Assembly (NCBI GenBank): GCA_045593165.1 | Contig: JAZNWF010000071.1 | Span: 5,987-69,986 of the forward strand | Direction of reading: 5' to 3' | Length of the DNA stretch: 64,000 nt | Source: Eubacteriales bacterium | GTDB taxonomy: Bacteria; Bacillota; Clostridia; Oscillospirales; CAG-382 | In this document: piece by piece, positions 20,959-31,313 of the stretch | Layout: each line of letters begins with the position of its first letter | How positions within the stretch are numbered: position 1 is the stretch's first letter | Notes under the pieces: model-generated | Database searches by the model: none | Told to the model about the DNA's origin: nothing | The model's input: the letters and a program-made list of their open reading frames with translations, nothing else | Translations under genes and position numbers: made by a program

Positions 20959-21884
20959 AAATCGTTTTTATGGGCACGCCCGAGTTTGCGGTTTCCTCAC
21001 TCGAGGCAATATATGAATCGGGTCACGAGGTAGTGTTAGTCGTAACACAGCCCGACAGACCCAAGGGACGCGGCTACACGCTTACCCCCTCCGAAGTAAA
21101 GCAATACGCGCTTTCAAAAGGCACTGCGGTTATTTCCCCCACCTCCTTGAAGGACGAGGACGTAATTAAAGCTCTTGAGGATACAAACGCCGACCTTTTT
21201 ATAGTAACAGCGTACGGCAGAATTCTTTCAAAGCGAATTCTCGACATACCCAAGCTCGGCTGTATAAACGTCCACGCATCTCTTCTCCCCGAGCTTCGCG
21301 GTGCGGCCCCCATAAACCGTGCCATTATGAACGGCGATACCATTGGCGGCGTGACCATTATGTTTATGGACGTAGGCATGGACACGGGCGACATTATTTT
21401 GAAAAAAGAAATTGAGATCAAGGATGAATGGTGTGCGGGCGAATATCACGATGCACTTATGGAATGCAGCAAGGAAGCATTGAAGGAATTCATCTCCATT
21501 GCAGAAAGCGGAAGCATTCCGAGAGAAGCGCAAGACACCGAACAAGCCACCTACGCCGCAAAAATCGGTAACGACGATGCATACCTTACCTTCAACGAAA
21601 CGGCTGTTGCAGTACGAAACCGCATAAGAGGATTATCCCCCTTCCCCGGCTCGTTCTTCTTCCTGCGCGGCAAGCGTATAAAGGCAAGAAATGCAATACT
21701 TGGCAACGGTTCCGCAGAACATGGCACTATTCTTTCCACCGACAAGGGCGGTATCGAAATCGCCTGCGCTGAAGGAAGCGTTATTATTACACAGCTTTGC
21801 CCAGAGGGCAAAGGCGTATGCGATGCCGCAAGTTATCTCCGCGGAAACAAAATTGAGATCGGTATAAAAGTAAATGAGCGATAA
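20955..21884 (+). CDS. fmt: Methionyl-tRNA formyltransferase
   Basis: 309 aa. MKIVFMGTPEFAV, VVTQPDRPKGRG, NVHASLLPELRGAAPI. ATGA overlap with def. Confidence 0.95.
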   Translation: MKIVFMGTPEFAVSSLEAIYESGHEVVLVVTQPDRPKGRGYTLTPSEVKQYALSKGTAVISPTSLKDEDVIKALEDTNADLFIVTAYGRILSKRILDIPKLGCINVHASLLPELRGAAPINRAIMNGDTIGGVTIMFMDVGMDTGDIILKKEIEIKDEWCAGEYHDALMECSKEALKEFISIAESGSIPREAQDTEQATYAAKIGNDDAYLTFNETAVAVRNRIRGLSPFPGSFFFLRGKRIKARNAILGNGSAEHGTILSTDKGGIEIACAEGSVIITQLCPEGKGVCDAASYLRGNKIEIGIKVNER

Positions 21885-23103
21885 AGCAAGACTTGCCGCC
21901 TACAACGCAATTAAACGTATTTTTGGCGGTGCATACTCAAATCTTATAGAATTCGCCGAAGATTTAAAGGGCATAGACCGTGCTTTTGCCGAAAGCATTA
22001 CGTTAGGTACGCTCGAAAGAAGACTCACGCTTGAATTCGTACTGAACAGCTTTATCAAAAACGATACAAAATCCGATGTAAAGCTTCTGTTGATGACCGG
22101 TGTATATCAGATACTTTACATGGACCGCGTACCCGACAACGCCGTTTGCGACGAAACGGTTAAGATTGCCAAGGATTTATTCGGTAAAAACGTATCGGGA
22201 TTTGTCAACGCAGTTTTACGAAACGTATGCCGCGGCATCACGGATATTAAAGACAGCATCGAACATGCAGATGAACACATTAAATATTCGGTAAACAAAG
22301 AGTTATTTTCGCTTATCAAATCGCAGTACCCTGTAGAATACGAGCATATTTTTAATGCTTTTTTTAAAAAAAGCGAAAACGCGTTACGCGTAAACACCTT
22401 AAAATCCGACGCCGAAACCGTCGCAAAAGCAACAAACGGAACGGTTTTAAGCAAAAAAACTGTTATTTGTACCAATATTGCAAACGCGCTTAGCTTTATA
22501 GATAACGGTCAATTTTATATTCAAGGGCTTGCATCGCAAAAAGCCGTCGAGCTATTAGAGGCGCAGCCCGGTAATACGGTCATAGACGTTTGTGCATGCC
22601 CCGGCGGAAAAAGCTTGGGCGCGGCGTTAGATATGGATAACAAGGGAAAAATTTATTCCTTTGATATACACGCAAAAAAGCTTCCGCTTATCGAAAAGAG
22701 CGCATCGCGGCTCGGCATAAGCATTATCACCACGGCGAATCAGGACGGACGGACGGCGCGTGAGGATTTGATAGGAATTGCCGACAGAATTATATGTGAC
22801 GTCCCCTGCAGCGGAACCGGCGTTATGGGCAGCAAGCCCGAAATCAAATACAAATCGCCCGCGGAGTTCAGAGGTCTATACCCGACTCAGGCGGCGATAA
22901 TAGAATCTGCGTCAAAATATCTTAAAACAGGTGGTATCATGGTATACTCTACCTGCTCGATAAACAAGCTTGAAAATGAGGATATAGTGCACGGATTTAT
23001 TGATAAAAACGAACATTTCAAGCTCATATATGAAAAAACCTGTCTTCCTTACGGAAACGAAAAGGAAGGGTTTTATATGGCAAAAATCATACGGGAGAAA
23101 TAA
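21874..23103 (+). CDS. rsmB: 16S rRNA (cytosine967-C5)-methyltransferase
   Basis: 409 aa. NusB-like N-terminus and a SAM-MTase core (DVCACPGGKS, DVPCSGTG, YSTCS). Confidence 0.9.
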   Translation: MSDKARLAAYNAIKRIFGGAYSNLIEFAEDLKGIDRAFAESITLGTLERRLTLEFVLNSFIKNDTKSDVKLLLMTGVYQILYMDRVPDNAVCDETVKIAKDLFGKNVSGFVNAVLRNVCRGITDIKDSIEHADEHIKYSVNKELFSLIKSQYPVEYEHIFNAFFKKSENALRVNTLKSDAETVAKATNGTVLSKKTVICTNIANALSFIDNGQFYIQGLASQKAVELLEAQPGNTVIDVCACPGGKSLGAALDMDNKGKIYSFDIHAKKLPLIEKSASRLGISIITTANQDGRTAREDLIGIADRIICDVPCSGTGVMGSKPEIKYKSPAEFRGLYPTQAAIIESASKYLKTGGIMVYSTCSINKLENEDIVHGFIDKNEHFKLIYEKTCLPYGNEKEGFYMAKIIREK

Positions 23104-23105
23104 AA

Positions 23106-24134
23106 ATGAAGGCTGACGTGCTTTCGATGTTTCCCGAGGAATTGGGCGCGTTTTGCGAATCGCTTAATCAACCCAAATACCGAGGAAAACAGATTTTCGA
23201 GGGTCTTTACAAAGGAAATAGGAATTTTTCGGAATTTTCGTCGCTCCCCAAGGCGTTCCGTGACAAGCTTGATGAAGAAGCCTTTATCCCTACGGCAAAA
23301 ATCAAGCGCAAATTAGTTTCTGCTATCGACGGCACGGTGAAATATCTATACGAGCTTCACGACGGTGAAACCGTTGAAAGCGTATTTATGCGCTATCATC
23401 ACGGCAACACGATGTGCATTTCAACGCAGGTCGGTTGTCGCATGGGATGTGCGTTCTGCGCATCTACCAAAGCAGGTCTCGTTCGCTCGCTCGCACCGTC
23501 CGAAATGCTTTTACAGATCATTGAGGCAGAACGAGATCTCGACGAGCGCGTATCTAACGTGGTGCTTATGGGTATGGGCGAGCCTTTGGATAATTACGAC
23601 AACGTAATGAAATTCTTACGTCTGATCAACCACGAAAGCGGACTTAACGTAGGACTTCGGCATATTTCCCTATCGACCTGCGGTCTTGTAGATAAAATAG
23701 ACAGACTTGCCGACGAGGGATTGCCCATTACACTTTCGATTTCACTCCACGCTCCGAATGACGAAATACGCAGGCAGACCATGCCGATCGCAAACAGATA
23801 TTCCATAAAAGAGCTTTTAACTGCTTGCAGACGATATATTGACAAAACCGGAAGGCGTATATCCTTTGAATACGCACTTATTGCAGGAGTAAACGATTCG
23901 AAAGAAAATGCACACGAACTGGGACGTCTGCTTTCCGGAATGATATGTCATTTGAATCTTATTCCGGTTAACCCTATAAAGGAAAAAAACTTCCAAAGAA
24001 GCGAAAAAAATGCCATAAAGGTATTTACAGAAACGGTTGAAACATATAAAATAAACGTAACGGTACGACGCAAGCTCGGTGCAGATATAAACGCATCCTG
24101 CGGACAGCTCCGTGCCGAAGACAAGAATCAATAA
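23106..24134 (+). CDS. rlmN: 23S rRNA/tRNA (adenine-C2)-methyltransferase, radical SAM
   Basis: 342 aa. GCRMGCAFCAS (CxxxCxxC) and the C-terminal GxDIxASCGQL motif. Confidence 0.95.
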   Translation: MKADVLSMFPEELGAFCESLNQPKYRGKQIFEGLYKGNRNFSEFSSLPKAFRDKLDEEAFIPTAKIKRKLVSAIDGTVKYLYELHDGETVESVFMRYHHGNTMCISTQVGCRMGCAFCASTKAGLVRSLAPSEMLLQIIEAERDLDERVSNVVLMGMGEPLDNYDNVMKFLRLINHESGLNVGLRHISLSTCGLVDKIDRLADEGLPITLSISLHAPNDEIRRQTMPIANRYSIKELLTACRRYIDKTGRRISFEYALIAGVNDSKENAHELGRLLSGMICHLNLIPVNPIKEKNFQRSEKNAIKVFTETVETYKINVTVRRKLGADINASCGQLRAEDKNQ

Positions 24135-24153
24135 TCTTTAAGGACGAACCTCT

Positions 24154-24912
24154 ATGAAATACGGCGGAAAAACCGACGTTGGAATAAAACGCAAATGCAA
24201 CCAGGACAGCTACGCCGTTTTCTCCAAGGATGGATATTTCTGTGCCGTCGTATGCGACGGTATGGGCGGTGCAAAGGGCGGTAACGTGGCAAGCGGTCTC
24301 GCCGTTAAAACCTTTGCATCCGTAATTAAAAAGGCGTTCGCCGCCAACAGTGCAGACGATTTTGACGAAAAATCCATAAAACGATTATTAAAGCTTGCTA
24401 TTGATGAAGCAAATACCGCAGTCTACAAAAAGTCGCTTGCCGATGACGAGCTCGAAGGCATGGGAACAACACTTGTCGCCATACTCATATGCTTGAACGG
24501 CACGTACGGAGTAAATATAGGCGACAGCAGACTATACTGTCAGCGAGACGGTGTTTTGAAGCAAATATCCAAGGATCATTCATTTGTTCAGTACCTTATC
24601 GACAAGGGCGAAATCAAGCCTGATGAGGCTGCTGAGCATCCGAATAAAAATATCATTTTAAGAGCATTGGGCGTAAACGAAAAAGTCGAGTTTGATAACT
24701 TCAGAATCGACAGCTACGATCGTTTGTTGCTCTGCACAGACGGGCTCACTAACCACGTAAGCGACCAACGTATCGGAGAGATAATCTCCGGCGCATATAT
24801 TACAAAGCCGCCTTCATACAAGGCACGTGTCGAAAGACTTATTGCCGAAGCCAATAATGGCGGCGGACTCGATAACATCACCGCGGTTCTCATCGCAGGG
24901 GATTGTGATTAG
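24154..24912 (+). CDS. PP2C-family Ser/Thr protein phosphatase (Stp/PrpC)
   Basis: 252 aa. NQDSY, VCDGMGG, GTT and DNITAVL motifs. Immediately upstream of prkC. Confidence 0.92.
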   Translation: MKYGGKTDVGIKRKCNQDSYAVFSKDGYFCAVVCDGMGGAKGGNVASGLAVKTFASVIKKAFAANSADDFDEKSIKRLLKLAIDEANTAVYKKSLADDELEGMGTTLVAILICLNGTYGVNIGDSRLYCQRDGVLKQISKDHSFVQYLIDKGEIKPDEAAEHPNKNIILRALGVNEKVEFDNFRIDSYDRLLLCTDGLTNHVSDQRIGEIISGAYITKPPSYKARVERLIAEANNGGGLDNITAVLIAGDCD

Positions 24913-24946
24913 TCCTTATAACAAAGCGCACGAAAGGAAAAACAAC

Positions 24947-27244
24947 ATGAACAAATACGAAGGTTTGGTCGGAAAGGTACTCGACGGCAGATATAAGATC
25001 CTCGAGCTTGCGGGCATGGGCGGTATGGCATGTGTTCTCAAGGCGCAGGACCTCGTCATGAACCGCATCGTTGCTATTAAAATCCTTAACGACGAATACA
25101 ACGGCAACGAACAGGCCGAGGCAAGATTCATTGACGAATCCAAGGCCGTTGCTATGCTTTCCAACAAGAATATCGTAAGCGTTTATGATGTCGCCATCTA
25201 TCCCGACATCAAATATATCGTTATGGAATATCTCGACGGCATCACGTTGCGAGAATATCTTGACAACAAAGGCGCGATCGATTGGAAAGAGGCGTGCATT
25301 TACACGTTGCAGATTCTTCGCGCACTCGAGCATGCCCACAGCAAGGGTATTATCCACCGCGATATCAAACCGCAAAATGTCATTCTGATGAAAAACGGAG
25401 ACATTAAGGTTACCGACTTCGGTATCGCAAAGCTTCCCAATTCGATGCTAGAGCAAAAGGACGAAAAGGCCATCGGTACGGTATACTACATCTCACCCGA
25501 GCAGGCCTGCGGTCAGGACACTGATTATTACTCTGATATTTATTCCGTCGGTATTATGCTTTACGAGGCTGTTACGGGAACACTTCCCTTCGTTGCGGAA
25601 ACGCCCATGGACGTTGCGATGATGCAGGTAAATGATGAACCCGTACATCCGCGCGATATCGTTCTGAATATCCCGGTCGGAGTTGCGCAGATAATCCTTA
25701 AGGCAATGGAAAAGTCGCCGTCCGACAGATTCCAATCTGCTCATACTATGGCAAAAGCACTTGAATGGGTGCTCCGCAATCCCGACGTGATTTTTGCTAT
25801 GGACACCGCTGTTCTTGACGAAAGCGATCCTATCGGAAAAAGCAGTGTCATTTCGATAGATATGATCGATACAGCCGAGCTCGAGCCATACAATGAAGAA
25901 GAAATGGCATCGTCGTTAGGCAAGAAAAAATCAAAGGCAAAAGAAAAGAATACTCCTGCAAAGACCGTGAAGGGCAAAAAGCCCGCTAAAAAGAAAAAAG
26001 TAAGCAGATCTATGTCACCGATAATTTCCGGTGTCACGCTCTCATTCTTACTGGTTGCAGTTGTTATCGCTTTAATGCTTTTTGTTGATTTGATAAACAG
26101 CAAGAACGAGCAGGACGATGAAGAAAAGCGCAGACTCGTTCAATACCCCAATATTGTCGGTTCTACATTTAACGAGGATCTTTTGGTTACAAAGGGATAC
26201 CTTGTTGAAGGCAAAATATTCATGGTGGATGAAGAGGATATCGTATGGGTTTCCAACGATGACGTTGAAAACAACACCATAATCGCTACCGATCCCCAAC
26301 CCTATGATACCGGCAAGCCCAACGATAACGATATTTACTACTTTGACTCTATAACCGTTAACGTTTCAAGCATCGTCGAAGTACCCGAGCTTACCGGCTT
26401 ATCGAAGAAAAACGCAGAGGTAACGCTCGAATCATTGGGTCTTGTAGTAAATTTCGAAGAGGTTATGTTCCCCGAAAACCCCTACGTTTACGATAATCAG
26501 GTAATTTCGGTCGAATACCAGAACAGCAACGGCGAAATGGTCAACGCTGAGGGTGTCACCTTAAAGGTGGGTCAGACCGTTGTTCTTAAATACTGCACCA
26601 AATCGAAGACCAACTACACCGCCGCGCTTCCCAACCTTATCGGTATGGATAAGGATCTTGCAAAGCGTTATGCGCAATATGCAAAATTCACGGTAGAGAT
26701 AGTTGAACAGCAAATGCCCGACGGTGACAATACGGTATTTGATCAGAGCATTACCGCAGGCACCGTAGCAGATGCAGGAACCATTGTTACACTATACGTA
26801 AAAGCACCTTACGTCGGTGCATTGATGCCTAATCTTATCGGATATTCACTTGAAAACGCAAAAACCGCGTTATCGATTGCAGCAGGCAGAGTTATCAACG
26901 TTAATTACTTCTACTACTCTGCTGACAGCAGCATGAAAACTAACATCGATTTTATTTGTGCCAACTCGGTTTCGCTTTCTGACTGTCTTGGTAAATTAGA
27001 GCAGCACAACTGCACAAGCATGCCAATAGGTGCTGATCCCGGTACTGACTTTATAGTATATCAAAGCCTATCCGAAGGCTCTATACTCACTCCGTACATA
27101 TACAACGTAAATGTTATTATTATCAAATACACTGACAGCACGCAAGGTGGGATCAACCCCGACGTTCCGGGTGACACGTCCGATCCGACTCTTCCAGATA
27201 CGTCTGAAACTCCCGACACGTCCGACACGGAGGTTCTTCCTTGA
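24947..27244 (+). CDS. prkC: Ser/Thr protein kinase with extracellular PASTA repeats (PrkC/IreK-like)
   Basis: Hanks kinase core (GMGGMACV, HRDIKPQN, DFGIA, SPEQ), one TM segment, then three PASTA-like repeats (PELTGLS.., LPNLIGMD.., MPNLIGYS..) and a D/T/P-rich tail. Start set at MNKYEGL, downstream of AAAGGAAAA. The track start at 24827 overlaps stp. Confidence 0.92.
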   Translation: MNKYEGLVGKVLDGRYKILELAGMGGMACVLKAQDLVMNRIVAIKILNDEYNGNEQAEARFIDESKAVAMLSNKNIVSVYDVAIYPDIKYIVMEYLDGITLREYLDNKGAIDWKEACIYTLQILRALEHAHSKGIIHRDIKPQNVILMKNGDIKVTDFGIAKLPNSMLEQKDEKAIGTVYYISPEQACGQDTDYYSDIYSVGIMLYEAVTGTLPFVAETPMDVAMMQVNDEPVHPRDIVLNIPVGVAQIILKAMEKSPSDRFQSAHTMAKALEWVLRNPDVIFAMDTAVLDESDPIGKSSVISIDMIDTAELEPYNEEEMASSLGKKKSKAKEKNTPAKTVKGKKPAKKKKVSRSMSPIISGVTLSFLLVAVVIALMLFVDLINSKNEQDDEEKRRLVQYPNIVGSTFNEDLLVTKGYLVEGKIFMVDEEDIVWVSNDDVENNTIIATDPQPYDTGKPNDNDIYYFDSITVNVSSIVEVPELTGLSKKNAEVTLESLGLVVNFEEVMFPENPYVYDNQVISVEYQNSNGEMVNAEGVTLKVGQTVVLKYCTKSKTNYTAALPNLIGMDKDLAKRYAQYAKFTVEIVEQQMPDGDNTVFDQSITAGTVADAGTIVTLYVKAPYVGALMPNLIGYSLENAKTALSIAAGRVINVNYFYYSADSSMKTNIDFICANSVSLSDCLGKLEQHNCTSMPIGADPGTDFIVYQSLSEGSILTPYIYNVNVIIIKYTDSTQGGINPDVPGDTSDPTLPDTSETPDTSDTEVLP

Positions 27245-28128
27245 GTATTGTCGAAAAAGAGGGTTTGATACTTTCGGGCAAAAACGGGCTATATTCGGTT
27301 GAATCAGACGGAATCAAATATGCATGCCGTTCAGGTACAAAGATACGTAAATACGACGGCAAGCTTCTGGCGGGCGACCGTGTTATTTTCCGTGACAACG
27401 GCGACGGCAACGGATTCATTACATCAATGCTTCCGCGAAAAAACTTTTTGATCCGTCCGCCCGTTGCTAATATCGACCTTTTAGCAATGGTCGTTGCCCC
27501 AAAGGATCCTGTGCCTTATCTTTACAACATTGATCTTCTTACAGTCATCGCAAAGAAAAGCGACATAGAATGCGCTATAATTGTTTCTAAAAGCGATCTT
27601 GCTGATCACAGCGAGATATCCGAGGTATATGCAAAAACCGATTTCAAGGTGCTTATAACAAGCTCTGAGGACGGCTACGGCATAGAAGATGTAAAAAGCT
27701 TATTAAGCGGAAAAATCTGCGTGCTCTGCGGAGCCTCGGGGGTTGGAAAATCCACACTTATAAACGCATTATATCCACATTTAAAACGCGAAACTGGTGA
27801 GCTTTCCGAGAAAATCGCTCGCGGAAAGAACACCACGCGTACCACGGAGCTATTTGCTTTGGGTAGCAATACTTATCTTGCAGATACGCCCGGCTTCACT
27901 GCCGTAAACACCGAGCTGTATTGCTCGATCGACCACAAGGAGCTTCATTCCCTATTCCCCGAATTTGAAGCATATGAAAAAGAATGCAAATATGCCGATT
28001 GCACTCACACAAAAGAAACAGAATGCGGCATACTCTATGCTGTCGAAAGAGGAGATATTTCCGCGAATCGACACGAAAGCTACAAAAAATTATACTGCGA
28101 GCTTAAAAGCATCGACAGATATAAATGA
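27241..28128 (+). CDS. rsgA: Ribosome small-subunit-dependent GTPase A
   Basis: 295 aa. Circularly permuted GTPase (VSKSDL, GASGVGKSTLINAL, DTPGF) plus a C-terminal zinc knuckle C..C.H....C. TTG start overlaps the prkC stop. Confidence 0.9.
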   Translation: MSIVEKEGLILSGKNGLYSVESDGIKYACRSGTKIRKYDGKLLAGDRVIFRDNGDGNGFITSMLPRKNFLIRPPVANIDLLAMVVAPKDPVPYLYNIDLLTVIAKKSDIECAIIVSKSDLADHSEISEVYAKTDFKVLITSSEDGYGIEDVKSLLSGKICVLCGASGVGKSTLINALYPHLKRETGELSEKIARGKNTTRTTELFALGSNTYLADTPGFTAVNTELYCSIDHKELHSLFPEFEAYEKECKYADCTHTKETECGILYAVERGDISANRHESYKKLYCELKSIDRYK

Positions 28129-28142
28129 TTTTGGAGGATATT

Positions 28143-28790
28143 ATGTTTATCGGATACTATTCTTTAGCGAACGCTGTTACAATGTTCGGTCTTATCTCGG
28201 CAATCGCGTCCTGCTTTTTAGCGGCGAACGGAAACATCAAGTTTGCGCTTTATATGCTTTTCCTCTCGCTGTTATGCGACACCTTCGACGGTAAGATCGC
28301 AAGATCAACCCCAAACCGTACGGCTAAGCAAAAGTTCTACGGTATACAGCTTGATAGCCTTTGCGACGCTATAAGCTTCGGTGTAACGCCCTGCTTCATA
28401 GCTTATTCGTTCGGCTTTGACGGTGGATTCGACATCTTCATTTATTGTATGTTCATTCTCTGCGGTGTCATCAGACTTTCCTATTTCAACACTCTTGCAA
28501 ATGCAAATCCCGGCAAGCCCGTTAAGACGTTCCGTGGAGTTCCTATTCCGATGTCCACACTGGTTATCACGTTCCTCTTCGTATTGACAACGTTTATGCC
28601 TGCGAGCTTATCGATTTGGTTCTTCAGAATCTGCCTTTTGCTTTTGGCTATTGGATTTATACTTAATATTCGTATCAAAAAGCCTACCATAAAAGGCGGT
28701 ATAATTTTCATAACCGTTCAGATAATTTTCCTGCTTACTCTGCTCCTTGCAGGTGACTGCCAAGGACCTGTTGCGGCGGTTGTTGCTTAA
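28143..28790 (+). CDS. CDP-alcohol phosphatidyltransferase (phosphatidylserine-synthase-like)
   Basis: DTFDGKIAR..G..LDSLCD matches the D(x)2DG(x)2AR...G(x)3D(x)3D motif. Multi-TM. Start set at the ATG 6 nt after GGAGG. Confidence 0.85.
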   Translation: MFIGYYSLANAVTMFGLISAIASCFLAANGNIKFALYMLFLSLLCDTFDGKIARSTPNRTAKQKFYGIQLDSLCDAISFGVTPCFIAYSFGFDGGFDIFIYCMFILCGVIRLSYFNTLANANPGKPVKTFRGVPIPMSTLVITFLFVLTTFMPASLSIWFFRICLLLLAIGFILNIRIKKPTIKGGIIFITVQIIFLLTLLLAGDCQGPVAAVVA

Positions 28791-28802
28791 ATTGATATAA
28801 AG

Positions 28803-28834
28803 AAAGTGATGCTGAAATATGCATCACTTTTTTT
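28803..28834 (+). terminator. Intrinsic terminator after the prkC-rsgA-pss unit
   Basis: Perfect 10-bp stem aaagtgatgc/gcatcacttt with an 8-nt loop, followed by TTTTTTT. Confidence 0.8.
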
Positions 28835-28835
28835 G

Positions 28836-28871
28836 CAATAAAAAACCGTGCTTCATTAAGAGGCACGGTTT
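28836..28871 (-). terminator. Intrinsic terminator after the M23 peptidase gene
   Basis: On the minus strand, an aaccgtgc/gcacggtt 8-bp stem followed by TTTTTT. Confidence 0.7.
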
Positions 28872-28878
28872 ATATTAA

Positions 28879-30018
28879 TTATTCGTAATCTACAAAGATG
28901 AGAGGATTTACTATTTCGCCATCTACGTGAACTTCAAAGTGGAGGTGAGGTCCGGTCGAATTACCGGTAGAACCGATCTTTCCAACTACATCACCTGCTT
29001 TAACAACGTCGCCAACCGAGACAGTAAGTGATTTGAAGTGAGCGTAAAGCGTTTGAACACCATTACCGTGGTCTATAATAACACAGTTGCCGTATCCTCC
29101 GTACCAATCGGCTCTGATAACGATACCGTCTGCTGCCGCAACCGCAGGTGCGCCGTTGCATTCGCTATCAGCAATATCTATACCGTTATGAGTACGTCCC
29201 CATCTGGGACCCATATAGGAGGTTACGATGCCATCATAGGGCTTGATGAAGTCACCGTGAGTAGCAACGTTCATACCATCCGAGCAGGTACCGATACGAA
29301 TCACCTCAGGGGAGGGTTCAATAGTAACATCAAGAGATAATACAGTTCGGGAAATTTCGACACCGTCTACACAAATTACCTCGTAGGTTTCCGTGCCTCC
29401 GCCGTCGTAACCCTTTGTAACTACGTTAACAACACCGTCACGTATAGAATCGGTATAAACAGTTTTTACTGGATGCTCTATAACAACAGTCTGACTGAAA
29501 TTAAGAGTCGAACGAACCGAAAGCTTAACAGGAAGAAGTTCGCCGCTGTAATCAAGAACCGAAGTAGAAAATTCGTGCTTATTCTTCATACCGAGCAGCG
29601 TTGCTATTTCGTTATCATCGACGAACGCTTCGGGAGCGTATTTGCCCGATACATATTCAATTTCATTTGTAAAAGCACAAACAGCATCAGGATCAATACC
29701 CAAGGAAAGAATTCTAAAGGAAAGAACACTGTCGATTGCCTGCTGAGCTGATGCTTCATCATCAACGGCTGCAACAAGATATCCGTCTACGTAAATTCCG
29801 ATACCTTCCAAAAGCTCTGCTTCGGAGTTTGCGCTTTCCGATTCTGCAGATGACTGCGCGCCGCTTACAAGCAATTCCTCATCAGAAATCGACGCGCTTT
29901 CGTTTTTATTTCCCGCAAATGCGAAGATGCAACCGAAAGCAACGGCAAACGCAAGTATCGAAATTATAGTTATTCTATGTTTTTTGAGCTGCGTGATGAC
30001 GCTATTCATACCGGCCAA
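28879..30018 (-). CDS. M23 family metallopeptidase with G5-like domain, membrane-anchored
   Basis: 379 aa. N-terminal TM segment. The central segment (KTVYTDSIRDGVVNVVTKGYDGGGTETYEV) resembles a G5 domain. C-terminal HNGIDIA ... GNSTGPHLHFEV LytM/M23 motifs. Confidence 0.88.
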   Translation of the reverse strand: MAGMNSVITQLKKHRITIISILAFAVAFGCIFAFAGNKNESASISDEELLVSGAQSSAESESANSEAELLEGIGIYVDGYLVAAVDDEASAQQAIDSVLSFRILSLGIDPDAVCAFTNEIEYVSGKYAPEAFVDDNEIATLLGMKNKHEFSTSVLDYSGELLPVKLSVRSTLNFSQTVVIEHPVKTVYTDSIRDGVVNVVTKGYDGGGTETYEVICVDGVEISRTVLSLDVTIEPSPEVIRIGTCSDGMNVATHGDFIKPYDGIVTSYMGPRWGRTHNGIDIADSECNGAPAVAAADGIVIRADWYGGYGNCVIIDHGNGVQTLYAHFKSLTVSVGDVVKAGDVVGKIGSTGNSTGPHLHFEVHVDGEIVNPLIFVDYE

Positions 30019-30182
30019 AAGCAGTTTCCTCCATTAAACATTCAAATAATTCCATTTGCGAGTATACACCCCAATTATGAACTGAATATTAAATAATGTT
30101 AAACAATTGTGAACGCTCATGCATATTTTACGACATATTTATGACATCAATATTCCAAAATGCAAATTATTTGGGAAAACTC

Positions 30183-30211
30183 TTGAAAACAGATAAAAGT
30201 GGTTGTATAAT
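30183..30211 (+). promoter_or_regulatory. Sigma-70-type promoter for ilvE
   Basis: TTGAAA, 17 nt, TATAAT, about 38 nt upstream of the ATG at 30249. Confidence 0.7.
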
Positions 30212-30248
30212 TAACAAATAGGTTTATATATTGAAAGGATATACTCAA

Positions 30249-31313
30249 ATGCAGATCACTAAAACACTTACCACTACACCGAAGGCAAAGCCCACAGGCG
30301 CACTTGGCTTCGGCAAAATATTCACCGACCATATGTTTATTATGGATTACAGTACTGAAAAGGGCTGGCACGATGCAAGAATCGTACCTTTTGCTGATAT
30401 TTCTCTTTCCCCTGCCTGCATGGTATTCCATTACGGACAGGAAATGTTCGAGGGTATGAAGGCTTACCGTGCAAAGGACGGCAGAGTCCTTTTGTTCCGT
30501 CCCGAAAAGAACATCGAACGTATGAACAACACCAACGCAAGAATGTGCATTCCGCAGGTAAACGTTGATGACGTTCTTCAAGCGATCGAAGAAGTAGTTA
30601 TGGTAGACCAGGATTGGATTCCCACCGAGCCCGGTACATCGCTTTACATCCGTCCCTTTATTATTGCTACTGACCCCTTCCTCGGCGTTCATCCCTCACA
30701 CACTTATAAATTCATGATAATCCTCTCTCCCTCGGGCTCTTATTACGCCGGCGGTCTTGCGCCCGTTAAGATTTGTGTTGAGGACGAATACGTACGCGCT
30801 GTCAAGGGCGGCACTGGATATGCAAAGGTAGGCGGCAACTACGCAGCTTCGCTTATCGGTCAGGAAAAGGCTGAACAGCTCGGCTATGCACAGGTGCTTT
30901 GGCTCGACGGTATCGAGCACAAGTACATCGACGAGGTTGGCGCGATGAACGTATTCTTTGTTATCGGCGATAAGGTCGTTACTCCTAAGCTCGAAGGCAA
31001 TATTCTTCCCGGCGTTACCAGAGATTCGGTTATCAATTACTTAAAGGCAAAGGGCTATACCGTTGAAGAACGCAGAGTTTCTATCGACGAGGTATATGCT
31101 GCAGGCGAAAGCGGCGAGCTTAAGGAAATGTTCGGCACAGGTACTGCGGCGGTTATTTCTCCCGTCGGCCTGCTTGATTGGAACGGTAAGAAGCTCACCA
31201 TCAACAACGGCGAGATCGGCACCGTTTCACAAATGCTTTATGATGAGATCACCGGCATTCAGTTCGGCGAAAAGAAAGATGAGTTCGGATGGAGTCACGA
31301 AATAAAGAGATAA
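30249..31313 (+). CDS. ilvE: Branched-chain amino acid aminotransferase
   Basis: About 354 aa, class IV aminotransferase (FEGMKAYR, LYIRPF, GG.KVGGNYA, NVFFV, GTAAVI). Start set at the ATG (MQITK). The track start is a TTG 18 nt upstream. Confidence 0.92.
   Translation: MQITKTLTTTPKAKPTGALGFGKIFTDHMFIMDYSTEKGWHDARIVPFADISLSPACMVFHYGQEMFEGMKAYRAKDGRVLLFRPEKNIERMNNTNARMCIPQVNVDDVLQAIEEVVMVDQDWIPTEPGTSLYIRPFIIATDPFLGVHPSHTYKFMIILSPSGSYYAGGLAPVKICVEDEYVRAVKGGTGYAKVGGNYAASLIGQEKAEQLGYAQVLWLDGIEHKYIDEVGAMNVFFVIGDKVVTPKLEGNILPGVTRDSVINYLKAKGYTVEERRVSIDEVYAAGESGELKEMFGTGTAAVISPVGLLDWNGKKLTINNGEIGTVSQMLYDEITGIQFGEKKDEFGWSHEIKR

Noticed and set aside
30147-30692. 181-aa minus-strand ORF overlapping the ilvE 5' end
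   Set aside because: It is antisense to ilvE and spans the ilvE promoter, with no motif or RBS.
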